DNA of 64,000 bases from a virus (Duplodnaviria; Caudoviricetes), in the IMG/VR virus record IMGVR_UViG_3300025890_000021, positions 1-64,000 of that record. One strand, given 5' to 3'. Shown one piece after another: positions 1-11,800 of this stretch. The first letter of the stretch is position 1; each line of letters starts with the position of its first letter. Under the pieces are notes generated by a model. The model was not told the DNA's origin. It did no database searches and was given only the letters and a program-made list of their open reading frames with translations. The position numbers and the translations under genes are program-made.

Positions 1-707
1 TATTCTTGTGCAAAAGATTCATTTGCTGTAGAATTACTTACTTCTTTTAATCTTTGTAGTACTGAATAATCCCATTTAAAATGATGAACTTGTGTGAAGT
101 TCTTTTCTGTAGGATATCGTAGTGGATGTGATTTACCCCACGATGTACTTCCATCTTCAAATTGTACAAAGTGTTGACCTGGAACTACATTATGTTTACC
201 TTTTAACATTGTAACTTTGTTTGCTTCAGCTTTACTTAGTGGATATCTAAAGAATCCTGCGTTTGGCATTTCTTTCCATATATCAGAATCTTCTGTTATT
301 TTTGGAAAACAACCATCTTCACCTATTCTATCGAGAAACCCACCTGTAACAAATTCCCATCCGTTATCCTCACATTCATCTATAATCTGATAGGTTGGTT
401 TAGAGTATAATTGTAATTCATCATCATCTGCAACTATCCACCACTCATCTGGTTTTAATGATGTAGTTTCGTTGTATAACTCTGTAACTCTTTTCCAATT
501 AAATGCTTCTTCTATAGCAATTCTATGTGGTTTAAGATTAAACTTTTCTAATATTTGTTTTCCCTCTTCTATGACAGGGTCATCCTTATGGTGTGCATAC
601 AACACTACAAAAAATTCCTTGACATTGTACTGATAATGTCTTAACATATGATGTAACATTGTTGTATTGTGTCCACAGACCGTAACTAAATTTTCTTGTG
701 GTTTCAT
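1..707 (-). CDS. Glycosyltransferase family 2-like protein (runs off the window edge; not in the ORF track)
   Basis: Manual translation MKPQENLVTVCGHNTTMLHHMLRHY...WWIVADDDELQ...VHHFKWD. It has a DxD-type motif and an HFK motif as in Glyco_tranf_2_4-like proteins. ATG overlaps the upstream TGA (ATGA). Confidence 0.6.
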   Translation of the reverse strand, partial: MKPQENLVTVCGHNTTMLHHMLRHYQYNVKEFFVVLYAHHKDDPVIEEGKQILEKFNLKPHRIAIEEAFNWKRVTELYNETTSLKPDEWWIVADDDELQLYSKPTYQIIDECEDNGWEFVTGGFLDRIGEDGCFPKITEDSDIWKEMPNAGFFRYPLSKAEANKVTMLKGKHNVVPGQHFVQFEDGSTSWGKSHPLRYPTEKNFTQVHHFKWDYSVLQRLKEVSNSTANESFAQE

Positions 708-1426
708 CGTTTCCTCACAATCGTTATACCAGTAGAACTCGGTTTCCATTTTACTATATTATGATTAAATAAATTAAATACTTCAAACTTTCTCTTATCG
801 ATAGTTTTTATAAAATCAGCAGGACCAGATAAATCATCTCCCTCATGTCCCTCTAACTCTACAAAATTATCTACATAATCTTTATCTGTATCGTGTATCG
901 TGATGATACCACCTTTGTTCATAATTAGTGAATATAATTCAAAATCTTTTTTACAACCCTCAAATGTGTGGTCTGCATCAATATGTAAGTAATCTATTTT
1001 TATATCTTGTTTTACAAAATAATCATGGAATGCTTTTTCTGTAGTTTCTTTAATAAACTTTGGTGTGAAGTGTCTTCTAAATACACTATCTTCTTTTTCC
1101 CAATCAACCTCACCATTAAATCCATTACATGCATCAACAATATAAGTAGAACCATTATCACCCCACTCCATTGTTACATCTTCATAAAATCCCTCTTGTG
1201 CTAAATCATATCTTGCCTGTGTCATGATTCGTGGTATGTATCCACCACCACTTCCTAAACATACACAATTTTTAAATTTATGAAAGTAAATCAAAGAATA
1301 AACAATCATACCATCTCCGAGATGCATATCATCTGCACCATGAGACCAACGATAAGGAACTTTCTCTTTCTCATTCGTTGTTATGTAATTCATTATATAA
1401 TCGTAGTTTAGTAACGAGTTTTTCAT
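704..1426 (-). CDS. Class I SAM-dependent methyltransferase (Methyltransf_24-like, probably glycan or small-molecule substrate)
   Basis: VCLGSGGG SAM loop; IDYLHIDADHTFEGCKKDF...GGIITIHDT. Confidence 0.75.
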   Translation of the reverse strand: MKNSLLNYDYIMNYITTNEKEKVPYRWSHGADDMHLGDGMIVYSLIYFHKFKNCVCLGSGGGYIPRIMTQARYDLAQEGFYEDVTMEWGDNGSTYIVDACNGFNGEVDWEKEDSVFRRHFTPKFIKETTEKAFHDYFVKQDIKIDYLHIDADHTFEGCKKDFELYSLIMNKGGIITIHDTDKDYVDNFVELEGHEGDDLSGPADFIKTIDKRKFEVFNLFNHNIVKWKPSSTGITIVRKR

Positions 1427-1442
1427 AAAACCTTTTTATTTA

Positions 1443-2504
1443 TTATGCAAATGGGTCTGTATTACTTCCCTTATTGTGTACTAAAAATGTACTACCAAAA
1501 TATACATCTAATGGTTCAACATCTATTTGTACTACCTCAAATCCATCCTCTTCTATAACTTGTTCTAATTGTGTAATTAAAACCTCATTTCCATTCTTAT
1601 CCATTAAATGACCACCCACCAACATATTTGGTACTAAGTTCCACATCCAAGTATTTTCTCCTACTGGCTTGTATAACATTTCATGGTCACCTGTAATTTT
1701 TTCTTCTCCGTTATTTATATTCCAATAACTTCTAACAAAATCAAAATTAATATCTTGAACACTTGCAGAGTGTTGTGTAAACGCTTCTGTTTTCTCATCG
1801 GGAAATCTACATGCTCTCCAATCTTCTTCATCCTCATCTAACTGACCTGGCATATTCATTGACATTACCCAATCACCAACTTCTAAATCTTCTACAAGTT
1901 TTTTAGTACCATCTGCCATATCAACTTTACTTCCAACTAAAAGACATGATGGGTCTGCAGGTGAACCATAACTATCAACAATAACTATCCCTTTAGTTCT
2001 GTTGGTATTGTAATTTGTTGCATGGTCATTAAATCCATCTGATTGTCCATCTTCTGCTAATTTAGCACTAACATTCATACTTATGTTATTTGTACCTGCG
2101 GGAAAGAAATCACTATCATCACCAGTACCAGTATTTGCGTTTGATATTGCTGCTGCTGCAATACTACCTGTTGCTCCATTATTAGTTACAGTCGCTCCAG
2201 CCGTAGATAATGTCCAAGTAAAATTATCTGATACTTTTGCAATTTTATCATTAAACAATGAACCATTACCTGAAAAGGTAAGAATATAATCTTCTGCAGT
2301 AGATTCCCACAGATAGGTATATCCTGTCATACTATCAACTGAACTAATAGAGAAATCGGACATTTTTATATCATTACCACCACCACCATTTTGTCCTAAT
2401 GATGAAATTGTAGTATAATTAGAAACAGACGAACTAACCGCTCGTTTTAACTTTCCTAATGATAAATCTTGTTTTATTGCTGTACTCATATCTATAAATA
2501 TCAA
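1443..2504 (-). CDS. Ser/Gly-rich putative virion protein with C-terminal Hint domain (1473-1946); true start may be the ATG at 2489
   Basis: CLLVGSKVDMADG..K.VEDLEVGD, ITGDH, IDVEPLDVYFGSTFLVHN followed by only 9 residues. Confidence 0.75.
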   Translation of the reverse strand: MIFIDMSTAIKQDLSLGKLKRAVSSSVSNYTTISSLGQNGGGGNDIKMSDFSISSVDSMTGYTYLWESTAEDYILTFSGNGSLFNDKIAKVSDNFTWTLSTAGATVTNNGATGSIAAAAISNANTGTGDDSDFFPAGTNNISMNVSAKLAEDGQSDGFNDHATNYNTNRTKGIVIVDSYGSPADPSCLLVGSKVDMADGTKKLVEDLEVGDWVMSMNMPGQLDEDEEDWRACRFPDEKTEAFTQHSASVQDINFDFVRSYWNINNGEEKITGDHEMLYKPVGENTWMWNLVPNMLVGGHLMDKNGNEVLITQLEQVIEEDGFEVVQIDVEPLDVYFGSTFLVHNKGSNTDPFA

Positions 2505-3610
2505 CTATTGTAGATTCTTAACATTTGTTCAACCCATTTCTGTTTATCACCAAAATGTTCTGTTAAATATTCTCTTAGTGGAAAAACTAAATCTCTTCTT
2601 TCTTCTAATCCCATTTTACATATTTTTTCATATTGTAATTTAAAATCTTTTATATTACTTGCTCTCAATGGATAATCATATTTTGGTAACCAATCTTCTG
2701 CAAGTATAGGTATTTTACCATAATCTACTGCTTGGAATATTGAGTATCCAAATGGTTCGTAGATATGTGCTGAATGACTTATACCCCAATCCTTACTCAT
2801 AAACTTATCATGGAAACTATAATTAAACCCATACACTTTCCATTTACTTGAATCTAAATCATTCCACTTTTTCCAAAAATTTATTTCACTTCTCGATGTA
2901 TGTACTATTGCTTTCATACCACTAAGAAAGTGTGGACATTTTCGTGTTTCCATTCTTGATGCAAAACCTATTTCATTACTATCATTTACATCAAGGTTAT
3001 GTTTAAACTCATAATAGTTTGGAATCCATTCTGTAGGTACATCTAACTTCTTATCAGTTACACCAATCCAAAATGGATGTTTGGCAATCTCACATATATC
3101 TTTTTCCCAATGTTCAACCATATGAAAGTGATATGATTTCTTTACATCTAAAATAAAAGGTGCTCGTAAACAATCCTTTACACAAACATGAACACCATTA
3201 CTATATATTCTATCTTTGTTATCAAGTATATATTTATGTGGTGCATAATATCCATGAAGTATATGTATTCTTCTTGCATTAGCAAGTAAATCTCTAAACT
3301 TTTGTTTATCTTCTCCTTGCCAATGATGTTCTAAATCATCTTTTAAAATTTCTTTATAACTCTTTTCTATTTTTTTATGTACTTGTCTACCAGTATTACC
3401 ACCTCTATCAGCACTAACACTTTTTTCAAAATTATGTGTTTGTTCTTGCGTGAGTGGTTTTTTTGGTTTGGTTCTGTGTATTAGTAATTTTGGTTTTACT
3501 TTTAGATGTGGGGCAATTTCTTCTATCCAATTATTAACCCAAACATCGGCACCACCACCAATCATACTTCCACCACCTGTAGAATAATATACATCGTACT
3601 CTTTAGACAT
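2501..3610 (-). CDS. GT-B fold glycosyltransferase (GT4-like)
   Basis: N-terminal GGGADVW loop; C-terminal YEPFGYSIFQAVDYGKIPIL matches the E-x-F-G-x-x-x-x-E(Q)-A motif; SD AAGGAG. Confidence 0.65.
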   Translation of the reverse strand: MSKEYDVYYSTGGGSMIGGGADVWVNNWIEEIAPHLKVKPKLLIHRTKPKKPLTQEQTHNFEKSVSADRGGNTGRQVHKKIEKSYKEILKDDLEHHWQGEDKQKFRDLLANARRIHILHGYYAPHKYILDNKDRIYSNGVHVCVKDCLRAPFILDVKKSYHFHMVEHWEKDICEIAKHPFWIGVTDKKLDVPTEWIPNYYEFKHNLDVNDSNEIGFASRMETRKCPHFLSGMKAIVHTSRSEINFWKKWNDLDSSKWKVYGFNYSFHDKFMSKDWGISHSAHIYEPFGYSIFQAVDYGKIPILAEDWLPKYDYPLRASNIKDFKLQYEKICKMGLEERRDLVFPLREYLTEHFGDKQKWVEQMLRIYNS

Positions 3611-3624
3611 TAAAACTCCTTGTA

Positions 3625-3632
3625 TATAAATA
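3625..3632 (-). promoter_or_regulatory. TATTTATA motif, putative phage late promoter
   Basis: Intergenic, about 15 nt upstream of the 3610 start; the motif recurs upstream of several genes in their sense orientation. Confidence 0.45.
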
Positions 3633-3663
3633 TAATACTAATTTCCAAGAATGGATTATTTTT

Positions 3664-6600
3664 TTATGGTCCACCCTTACCAGCGTTGTGAGCAATGTAA
3701 ACTTTTTCACCAGTTTTAATAAAGTAGTTATCAATATCCTCAACATTAAGTCTGACGAATATCTCCTCTTCTTGATGATAAGTTATATCTGTAATACCAA
3801 TTGCTTCCCCACCTACTGCCATTATCTCATCAGTATCCTTGTTGATGTGGAATACTCTTATCCAACGATATTTTGTTTCGTGTGGAAGTGTTCTCTTTAC
3901 AAATAGTGGGTGTTCATAAGTAGCAGTTATTACCTCATCATTTTCTAATGTTATCTGATAATGGTCATAGTAGTAATCTGCATCTTTTAATACTACATTT
4001 GATTCTGCCATAGAACCATTCATACCATCCCATCTATATCCTAAGAACTCTGCATAACTATCAGTACTTGGTTGTGTATCAGTACTTACATCATAAGATT
4101 TAACCTTATCATTAATATTTACATCTTCAATATTTTTCCAAGTATCATCTGCCATCCATATTTGTGTACCATAAGGGAAACAACTTCCACCACCACCACC
4201 TGTTCCACCACCAGCTGGTGCATCAACAGCTAAAGATAATGTAAAGATATCATCAACATATCCATGTGAAGCAGCAGTAATAGTGTAAGTATCAGTAGTT
4301 GAATTTTCAGCTGTAACTGATGCCATACTACCAATCACCAAAAACATCTTATGATTTGTTGCTGTAAATTCACCTGCATCTGTAACACTATTTGGAAATG
4401 TTTGACTACTCCATCCAGTCGTACCAGTTGTTGTAGTGCCTGATTGATTAAGTATTTTATAATAGTATGTTTCGGCTAAATCATTACTACCACCCAAACT
4501 GACAGTAGAGGTAAGGGAAATATCTCTTGTTTTATAATTACTTCCATCATTTACAAGAAGATATTGATTTATAGTATCAGCACTTGTCCACTCTGCAGAT
4601 TCACCACTATCAAGAGTTGTTCCACCAAAGTAGAAGAAATCTGCTCCATTAGCTACAGAAACATTCAATGCTCCTGCATTATTATTCCATACTAATTTAT
4701 CATTCCTTGCTACATCAAATGCAGATGATGTATGTAATAGTGTACCAGTGTAAGAACTCTTACGATATTCTACTTTAATTTGATACTGATTAGCACCATT
4801 TGGTGTTGATGAAGAATTGTAAGTATAACTACTTCCAAGTCTTGAACTATCTCTTGGAGCATCAATTTCTATTCCAGTTCTACTCCATGTTGTACCTGTG
4901 ATACTTGTTATATTTTGTTGATAATTCGTTGTCCAACTCCAATCCCCAGCTGCATATTGAGAAATTCTAACTATAACTCGAATGTAAATTGTACCATCGT
5001 TAGCGACTGTTACTCCACTTCCATTAGCTGAAGTAGTACTTGTACCTCTTATCGCATTGACTGTTGGTGCAGAATAACTTCCATTTGTTATACTTGTAAA
5101 TGCTTTTGATGTTGCAGTTGCACTAATACCCGTAGAGGTAGTACCATTAAATGCTACTGAGTATGAAGTATTTATTGTTGAAGTATCTGTCCAATTGACT
5201 GTGACTGTTTTGGTAGTGGATTTACCACTAATACTAATACTTTGTCCACTAGCATTACCAAAAGTTAGAGTAGATGGACTTGTTGCACTACTCATACCTA
5301 CTGAAGTAACAGATTGTGATGTAGAAATACTTGTTGCTGCTTTTGGTGGTACATTTGCAAAATCATAATATTCTGATATTTCACCATCTGTAGCAACTCT
5401 TATAACATCACTATTAACACTACCATTTGAACCACCAATTTGATAAATCTTCATGTATTTGTTATTACCATTTGCTGGGTCTGTTCCACCATCTGCTTGT
5501 AATACAAGTAAATCTTCACCTTGTGCAGGTGTACCCGCACTAGCAGGAAATATTATAACATCATTATTTGCTGGAACACTACTATCATTATAAGCATCTT
5601 CAGCAGAATTATGTGCACCTGTAAATGTAGTTGTGTATGTACCACCTCTTGCAACATATAATGTGAGTGTTTCTGGTACTCTGACTGTGACTGTATCTAA
5701 ATCTTCATAACCAGGGTCTGGGTCTTCTGCATTATTATTGTTATTAAATTTTGCTTGTAATGTTGCTTGATTACCTTGACCAAGAGTACCAGTTATAATT
5801 CCTAAATTAGCAGTTAAATCAGGTATCGAAACTGGTGTGATATCTGCATCTGTGATTGCAGAATCTGAGATTGTTACTTCTCCATTATCATTAATGACTG
5901 TTTGTGTATTATATGCTACAATTCTAAAAGTAAGAGTCATAGCAGTTCCATTATTACGATATCCTTGATAATTTATAGATGATATAGTTATATTAGTTAA
6001 ATTCTTTTTCGTTGGATTAGGAAATGTTGATGATGCAGTAATCTTTGGATAATGCTTAACCTTTATATTTGAAGAGCTTGTACAAGTAGTATCTGAATCA
6101 TTCCCACCCTCAAGTGTAGTGATTAATTGAACTACACCAGTACCTGATGCACTTGAATTTGAACCAGCAACAAACTGAGCATTTTGTGTACTCGTATTAT
6201 TTAAAGTTGCTCCACCTGGGTCTGTGGTTAAACTATATGCATAACTTACAATTGATGCAGCATCTGTTTCATTTGTTGGGTTACTAAATGTAAAACTTGT
6301 ACTTGTTGAATTATTTAACGAAGTTCTAACTATTTGATTGTTATTTGTAATCACATTCTTAGTATTAGCCCCGACAGGAAAAACAATATAATTTCTTGCT
6401 GTGTTAAATCCACTACTTTCATCTGAAGTACTTGGTCCACCATTATTATCTACATATGAATTATCATTTTGTGCTAATATTTTATAATAGAAATTTAATG
6501 TATTGTTTGCATCTGCAGTAATCGTATGAGTTGCAGATGTTGGTGTGGCAATATGAGAATAACTACCACCCTCTGATGTTGCTCGATAAACTTTATATTT

Positions 6601-8835
6601 TGCTGCATAAGTACTTGCACTCCAAGCTATTGCTTGGTCTCCACTATATCCACCTGCAGTAGTACTGAAGTTACCTGGGTCTGTTGGTGCTTTATCAATA
6701 ACCACGATATCATATGTGGTACCAGTTCTTGCTTCTGGTAAGTGTTCACCAGTTGAATCTTCATCTCGTACAAACACATCATATAATCCTGTCTTAGTAA
6801 CACCAACATCTGGTACATTATAATCAAATGATTGTGCAGTTGCAGTGTTTTTTGTATTGGTTAAATTTTGTCCAGCAGAATGAGATAAAGTATGTGAATT
6901 CAAATCATTTTCTTCACTCCCACCTGCAACAGATGCAAAACAAAGTACTATATCAGCCTTTGCCATATTAGTAGAAGTAAAATTAACACCGAGGTCACCT
7001 GATGCTCCTCTTCTAACTGATTGATTATCGGTGGTTAAACTCGTTAACGCTTGTTGTGATAAGACCGTAGTAGCAATAGTGACAGTAGCATCAGTAGATG
7101 TTGCTCCACCACCACTAACATTTACATCAAAATCATAATCTTGTGTATTTGCACCACCTTGAAAACTACCTTGTAAAAATGATTGACTAGTACCACCACC
7201 TGATGTTGCTGTGAAATCTCCTGGTGCACTCCAATTGTATTGAATAGTATCACCAACTGCAGTTGCAGTAAATGCTAATGAAGTTACACTAAAGCCTGTT
7301 GGTGTTAATCCAGTCGAATAACTTCCAAGTACATCTGCAGTAGTTTTACTATTATCCTCTACTAAACTTACAGTCGGTCTGACTGTTAAAGTATCAGTTT
7401 GATTATTTGTTTGTGAATCATCTGCAGTTCCTGCAAAACTAATTGTATAAACACCATTTGCAGTACCTGGTGTTATGGATAAATTATTACCATAACCACT
7501 TTGTGTAGTTCCATTAAAATTACTACTAATTGTCATACCAGCATTATAACCAGCGGCAAGAGTTGCAGAAAAAGTTTGTGCAGAACCATTTGCATTGACT
7601 GTTTTATCTCCACTCGTAGAATAAGTTAATGTAGGAAGAATATAAATAGCAGAACCAACACCAAATGCACTTGTACCCGTTGTGTATTGTGCTTTAGGAT
7701 ATACTATTTCTCTTGAAGTACTATTTGTAGGACTCGAATGTGATAATGTAAATGCTTCTGTTTCTGCATCTGCAACATACAAAGTATCTACTACTTTATC
7801 AGATTGAGCATCAAAGGTTGCATTGGCATTATTTGAACCATACCCTATTCTCATCGTGGCAGTTGCACCCTTTGCTGTTGCACCAATTGTAACACTACCA
7901 CCATGATTTACATTTTGTGGTGAACGAGATATACTTACAATTTGACGATTATATCGTACATCAATATCACCAGTTATACCCGTTAGTTGATTTCTTGTAG
8001 CTTGTGAAGTTGGATTACCTTGTAGTGTTGCAGTAACTCTCACCTTACCTGGTGTATTTGCTATTGTGAAAGTATCTTCTACATCTTCAGTAGCAGTCAT
8101 TGTTCCACCATCACCTGCAATTATGCTAGTGGTGCCCGTAGCATCAGTATTTGCTATCGTACCAGTAGATACTGTCCCACCAATTGAAACTGAGGCTACA
8201 GAATCATCTGAATCATCTACAAATAATGGCATTGATGGTGAGAGTGTTAACGCACCACCTGAAAGTTTTTTACGAAAAGTAAATGTATCACTAAAGTTAC
8301 TATCGAATGCATTACCATCATCCTCTACTTTAACTTTTATAAGAGAACCCTCGTGAGTATTATCAATACTTACTGATGATAAATTTTTATCAAACTGATT
8401 ACTTGATTCATTATCAGTACCCTCAATATTTGAGTTTGTACCACTTAAAGCATTACCATTACTATCAACAATTGTAAACTTTGCTACTGATGCTATACTT
8501 GATTCTGCCTTTATACCTAAACCATTATCATCAACAAAGGTATCTGAGTTAGTACTATCATTAATAATATCACTACCACCTCTACCCGTACCTCTAAATA
8601 AAAGTATATTTGAAAATTGACCTGGAAATGCTGCTGAATAAAAGTGAGATAGTTTATCTTCATCACCCGTTAATGTTGCTCGTGTAACTGATACACTTGC
8701 TGCACTTGCTCCAAAAGAATCTGATAAAGAATCTAAAGATACATTTGAATCTGCTGCAATTGCACTACCCGAACTTTCATTTTGTTCGTTTAGTATCTCA
8801 GATAATCTTAATTCACCACTACCTGGTAGAGCCAT
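3664..8835 (-). CDS. 1723-aa Ser/Thr-rich fibre/adhesin-like virion protein with Ig/FN3-like segments and C-terminal Hint domain (3685-4182)
   Basis: MALPGSGELRLSEI start typical of marine phage fibre proteins; FN3-like AWSAS..A.KYKVYRA; GGGGS-CFPYGTQIWMAD...TYEHPLF...LNVEDIDNYF...AHN then AGKGGP-stop. Confidence 0.75.
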   Translation of the reverse strand: MALPGSGELRLSEILNEQNESSGSAIAADSNVSLDSLSDSFGASAASVSVTRATLTGDEDKLSHFYSAAFPGQFSNILLFRGTGRGGSDIINDSTNSDTFVDDNGLGIKAESSIASVAKFTIVDSNGNALSGTNSNIEGTDNESSNQFDKNLSSVSIDNTHEGSLIKVKVEDDGNAFDSNFSDTFTFRKKLSGGALTLSPSMPLFVDDSDDSVASVSIGGTVSTGTIANTDATGTTSIIAGDGGTMTATEDVEDTFTIANTPGKVRVTATLQGNPTSQATRNQLTGITGDIDVRYNRQIVSISRSPQNVNHGGSVTIGATAKGATATMRIGYGSNNANATFDAQSDKVVDTLYVADAETEAFTLSHSSPTNSTSREIVYPKAQYTTGTSAFGVGSAIYILPTLTYSTSGDKTVNANGSAQTFSATLAAGYNAGMTISSNFNGTTQSGYGNNLSITPGTANGVYTISFAGTADDSQTNNQTDTLTVRPTVSLVEDNSKTTADVLGSYSTGLTPTGFSVTSLAFTATAVGDTIQYNWSAPGDFTATSGGGTSQSFLQGSFQGGANTQDYDFDVNVSGGGATSTDATVTIATTVLSQQALTSLTTDNQSVRRGASGDLGVNFTSTNMAKADIVLCFASVAGGSEENDLNSHTLSHSAGQNLTNTKNTATAQSFDYNVPDVGVTKTGLYDVFVRDEDSTGEHLPEARTGTTYDIVVIDKAPTDPGNFSTTAGGYSGDQAIAWSASTYAAKYKVYRATSEGGSYSHIATPTSATHTITADANNTLNFYYKILAQNDNSYVDNNGGPSTSDESSGFNTARNYIVFPVGANTKNVITNNNQIVRTSLNNSTSTSFTFSNPTNETDAASIVSYAYSLTTDPGGATLNNTSTQNAQFVAGSNSSASGTGVVQLITTLEGGNDSDTTCTSSSNIKVKHYPKITASSTFPNPTKKNLTNITISSINYQGYRNNGTAMTLTFRIVAYNTQTVINDNGEVTISDSAITDADITPVSIPDLTANLGIITGTLGQGNQATLQAKFNNNNNAEDPDPGYEDLDTVTVRVPETLTLYVARGGTYTTTFTGAHNSAEDAYNDSSVPANNDVIIFPASAGTPAQGEDLLVLQADGGTDPANGNNKYMKIYQIGGSNGSVNSDVIRVATDGEISEYYDFANVPPKAATSISTSQSVTSVGMSSATSPSTLTFGNASGQSISISGKSTTKTVTVNWTDTSTINTSYSVAFNGTTSTGISATATSKAFTSITNGSYSAPTVNAIRGTSTTSANGSGVTVANDGTIYIRVIVRISQYAAGDWSWTTNYQQNITSITGTTWSRTGIEIDAPRDSSRLGSSYTYNSSSTPNGANQYQIKVEYRKSSYTGTLLHTSSAFDVARNDKLVWNNNAGALNVSVANGADFFYFGGTTLDSGESAEWTSADTINQYLLVNDGSNYKTRDISLTSTVSLGGSNDLAETYYYKILNQSGTTTTGTTGWSSQTFPNSVTDAGEFTATNHKMFLVIGSMASVTAENSTTDTYTITAASHGYVDDIFTLSLAVDAPAGGGTGGGGGSCFPYGTQIWMADDTWKNIEDVNINDKVKSYDVSTDTQPSTDSYAEFLGYRWDGMNGSMAESNVVLKDADYYYDHYQITLENDEVITATYEHPLFVKRTLPHETKYRWIRVFHINKDTDEIMAVGGEAIGITDITYHQEEEIFVRLNVEDIDNYFIKTGEKVYIAHNAGKGGP

Positions 8836-11800
8836 CTCTCAACTCCTCTACTTCGGATTTAAGTTCCTCTATTTGAGATTGTTGTTCTTTAACTGCTTCT
8901 ACCAATAATGCTACAACCTTATTATAGTGAACTACTTTAGATGGTTTGTTTGTAACTATATTATTGTGTTCACTTACAAATGGTTCTAAACCTTTAACAC
9001 CCTCAACTTCTTGTGCGATAAATCCTATATCATGTCCTTTATTATTGTAATCTTGTTTCCAATCAAACTCCACACCCTTTAATTGTTTTACTTTGAATAA
9101 TGCATCTTGAATTGGATTAACATTCTCTTTAAATTGTATATCAGATACCGTCGCAGAGAAACCAACAATATCTGCCTTAGCATGAAAGTTACCACTTGCA
9201 TCTATATATGCATCTTCTGAAGATACACTACCAACATGGAATTGCATTCTACTTGAATCATATTCTATTGCTGCAGAATTTTCAAATCTATATCCACCAG
9301 AACCACCAGTACTTGATTTGAAATATTCATCAGTTTCAATATGACCAGTAGTTGCGATATCTGAACCAATTGTGGTTGTATCTGTTGTACTTCTACCTCG
9401 AACTTTTAACGAACCTGTTACTACTGCTTCACCAAGAATATCAATTGTTTTTTCTTCATCTGGTGTAACACGAAAATATTTGTTAGCAGCATTTTCTAAT
9501 TCACTTTCACCCAAGAAAACAGCTTGGAAACCTTTAGGTGATAACTCAACTACTTTGTTACTTGGTTGATGTTTTACCTTAGTTATATTTATTCTTGATT
9601 CTTCAATTTCAAGAGCTTTTGTACCAGCTTTTTGATGACCTCCACCTAAATTATATTGGTAATTTAAAACAAGATTATTATTTGTTGCTGAAGCATCAAT
9701 TATTCTCCATTCAAATAGATGGTCATCTTGTGTTGTTGTGGATTCTGCAGTTCTTGTAAAGGTTCTACTTGCTTGGAAATATGAATTTGGTGAAGTACCT
9801 ATCAAATCAAACTCATAATCCCAATCTGTAAAGAAATTACCAGTTAGTGTAGTGTTAGTACCTGTTACAAATGAACTATTAGTTTTATCAAATAAACCGA
9901 CTGTTAAACTATATGTTGCAGTACCACTTACATATCCACTTTGAGGTGTGGAACCTGGGTCATCAGTTCTAATTCTAAATGAAAATGTTAATGAATGTTG
10001 GTATTTAGTACCTGGACCTGTTAATTCAGGACTTGTACCACTATCAGATGTATTTACATCTATCCCATTACTACCACTTGCATCTGGTCCGATTGCTTTT
10101 ACATAAGCATCAATATCTGTTGTTGATTGACCAGAAGATACATTCTGACTTGTAACATTTAAACCACTATCATTATCTATAGATTGATTTGGTGCGTTAT
10201 ATGCAGAACCACCTGATTTTAAAACAACATTCGCAGGTGTAAATGTAGGTATAATTTCTGCAGAAAATGAACCACTATTTAATGCAATCTTTGCAGGGAA
10301 TGAATTATCATCACCTCGTCCACCATCAATAACAACTTGTGAATCACTATCACGAATTGCAGTTTCATCAAGAATCCAACCAGCATTTGATGCGGAACCG
10401 AAGAAACCTGATGTTGCGGATATATCTCCAGCAAATGAAGCATTAGATGCAGCCATATTACCTGATGTATCTACAGAGAAGTTTCCAAAGTTCATCTGTA
10501 GTCCACGATTACTACCCTCGTGTACTGCTTGTATAAATTGTGAACCACTTCTAAATGAGAACTCACCACTACCACTAATGAATGCTCCATCACTACCTGA
10601 CCATTCTCCACCAGTGGTTATAATTTCATCACCTAATTTTATAAATGTGTCTGCAGAGGATGCAGTAAACTTAGTTGAAACTAATTCTAATTTTTCTGAT
10701 TTAATATCTAAATCACCATCACTAACATCAAATCTTATAAGATTTTTAGCATCACCGAATACTAAGAAATCACCACCAGCATCCATATAGATACCAGCAC
10801 TTGTTCCGTCAACATTTGCGTTTGCACTTGCACCTAATGTGATTGTTCCATTATCATTTAATGTTGTGTTTCCACCAGTGATTGTTGAACCACCAATACT
10901 CCACCCACCAATTGAACCTGCTCCTGCAGTTATCTCTCCTGACATTGTAACTGCACCAGCTGCAGTGATTGTCATATTTGTAGTGTTACTTGTACCGATT
11001 GTGATATTACCACTTGAATCAACTCTAAGTGCAGATTTATTTGTTGCACTCTGTCCAACTATCATAGATGAACCAAAGTTTGCTAATGTTACCCCATTAT
11101 CTCTAACACTTAATCCACTACCATTTATTAATATGTTTTCTGCGGTAGTTGCACCGATTGTTGCTGTTGAACCAAAGTTTGCTAATGTTGTTCCATTATC
11201 TCTAACACTTAATCCACTACCATCTATTAAAACATTTTCAGCAGTGGTTAAACCAATTGTTGCAGTAGAACCAAAGGTTGCAAGTGTAGTACTTGCATCT
11301 GATTTAATATCAAAGGAATCAGTATCAATACTTATGTGTTGTCCAGCAGTATTTCCTATTGTTGATGTTGCTCCGAAAGATGCTTCAACACTATCTGTTC
11401 CACTATCATCTACAATTAAATCTACTGAATTACTATCTATAAAAATTCTTGATTGGTTATCTGCATCTATTCCAATTGTTGATGTGGTTCCGTAACTTGC
11501 AACTGTCACATTACCAGCAGCATTCTTTAAATCCATTCCATCACCAGTCAATACAACTTGTGTTTGCATTGATGATGAACCAGCTTGTAACGCATTTATA
11601 TCAGTATCTAATGAACCTGTCAATCCAGCGATATCACCACCAGTGACAGTAATTGCTCCGTTAAATGTTGCATCACCATTTGCATCCATTGTGATACCAT
11701 TTGCAACCGAACCAATTTGCATTGAACCAGGTTGGACTGTAATTTTGTTATTTGAATCATTACCGACTGTCAATACATCATCAACCATCGAGATTAAATC

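Noticed and set aside
1473-4182. True self-splicing inteins or homing endonucleases
   Set aside because: No +1 Cys/Ser/Thr, almost no C-extein and no LAGLIDADG/HNH insert, so these were treated as Hint cleavage domains.
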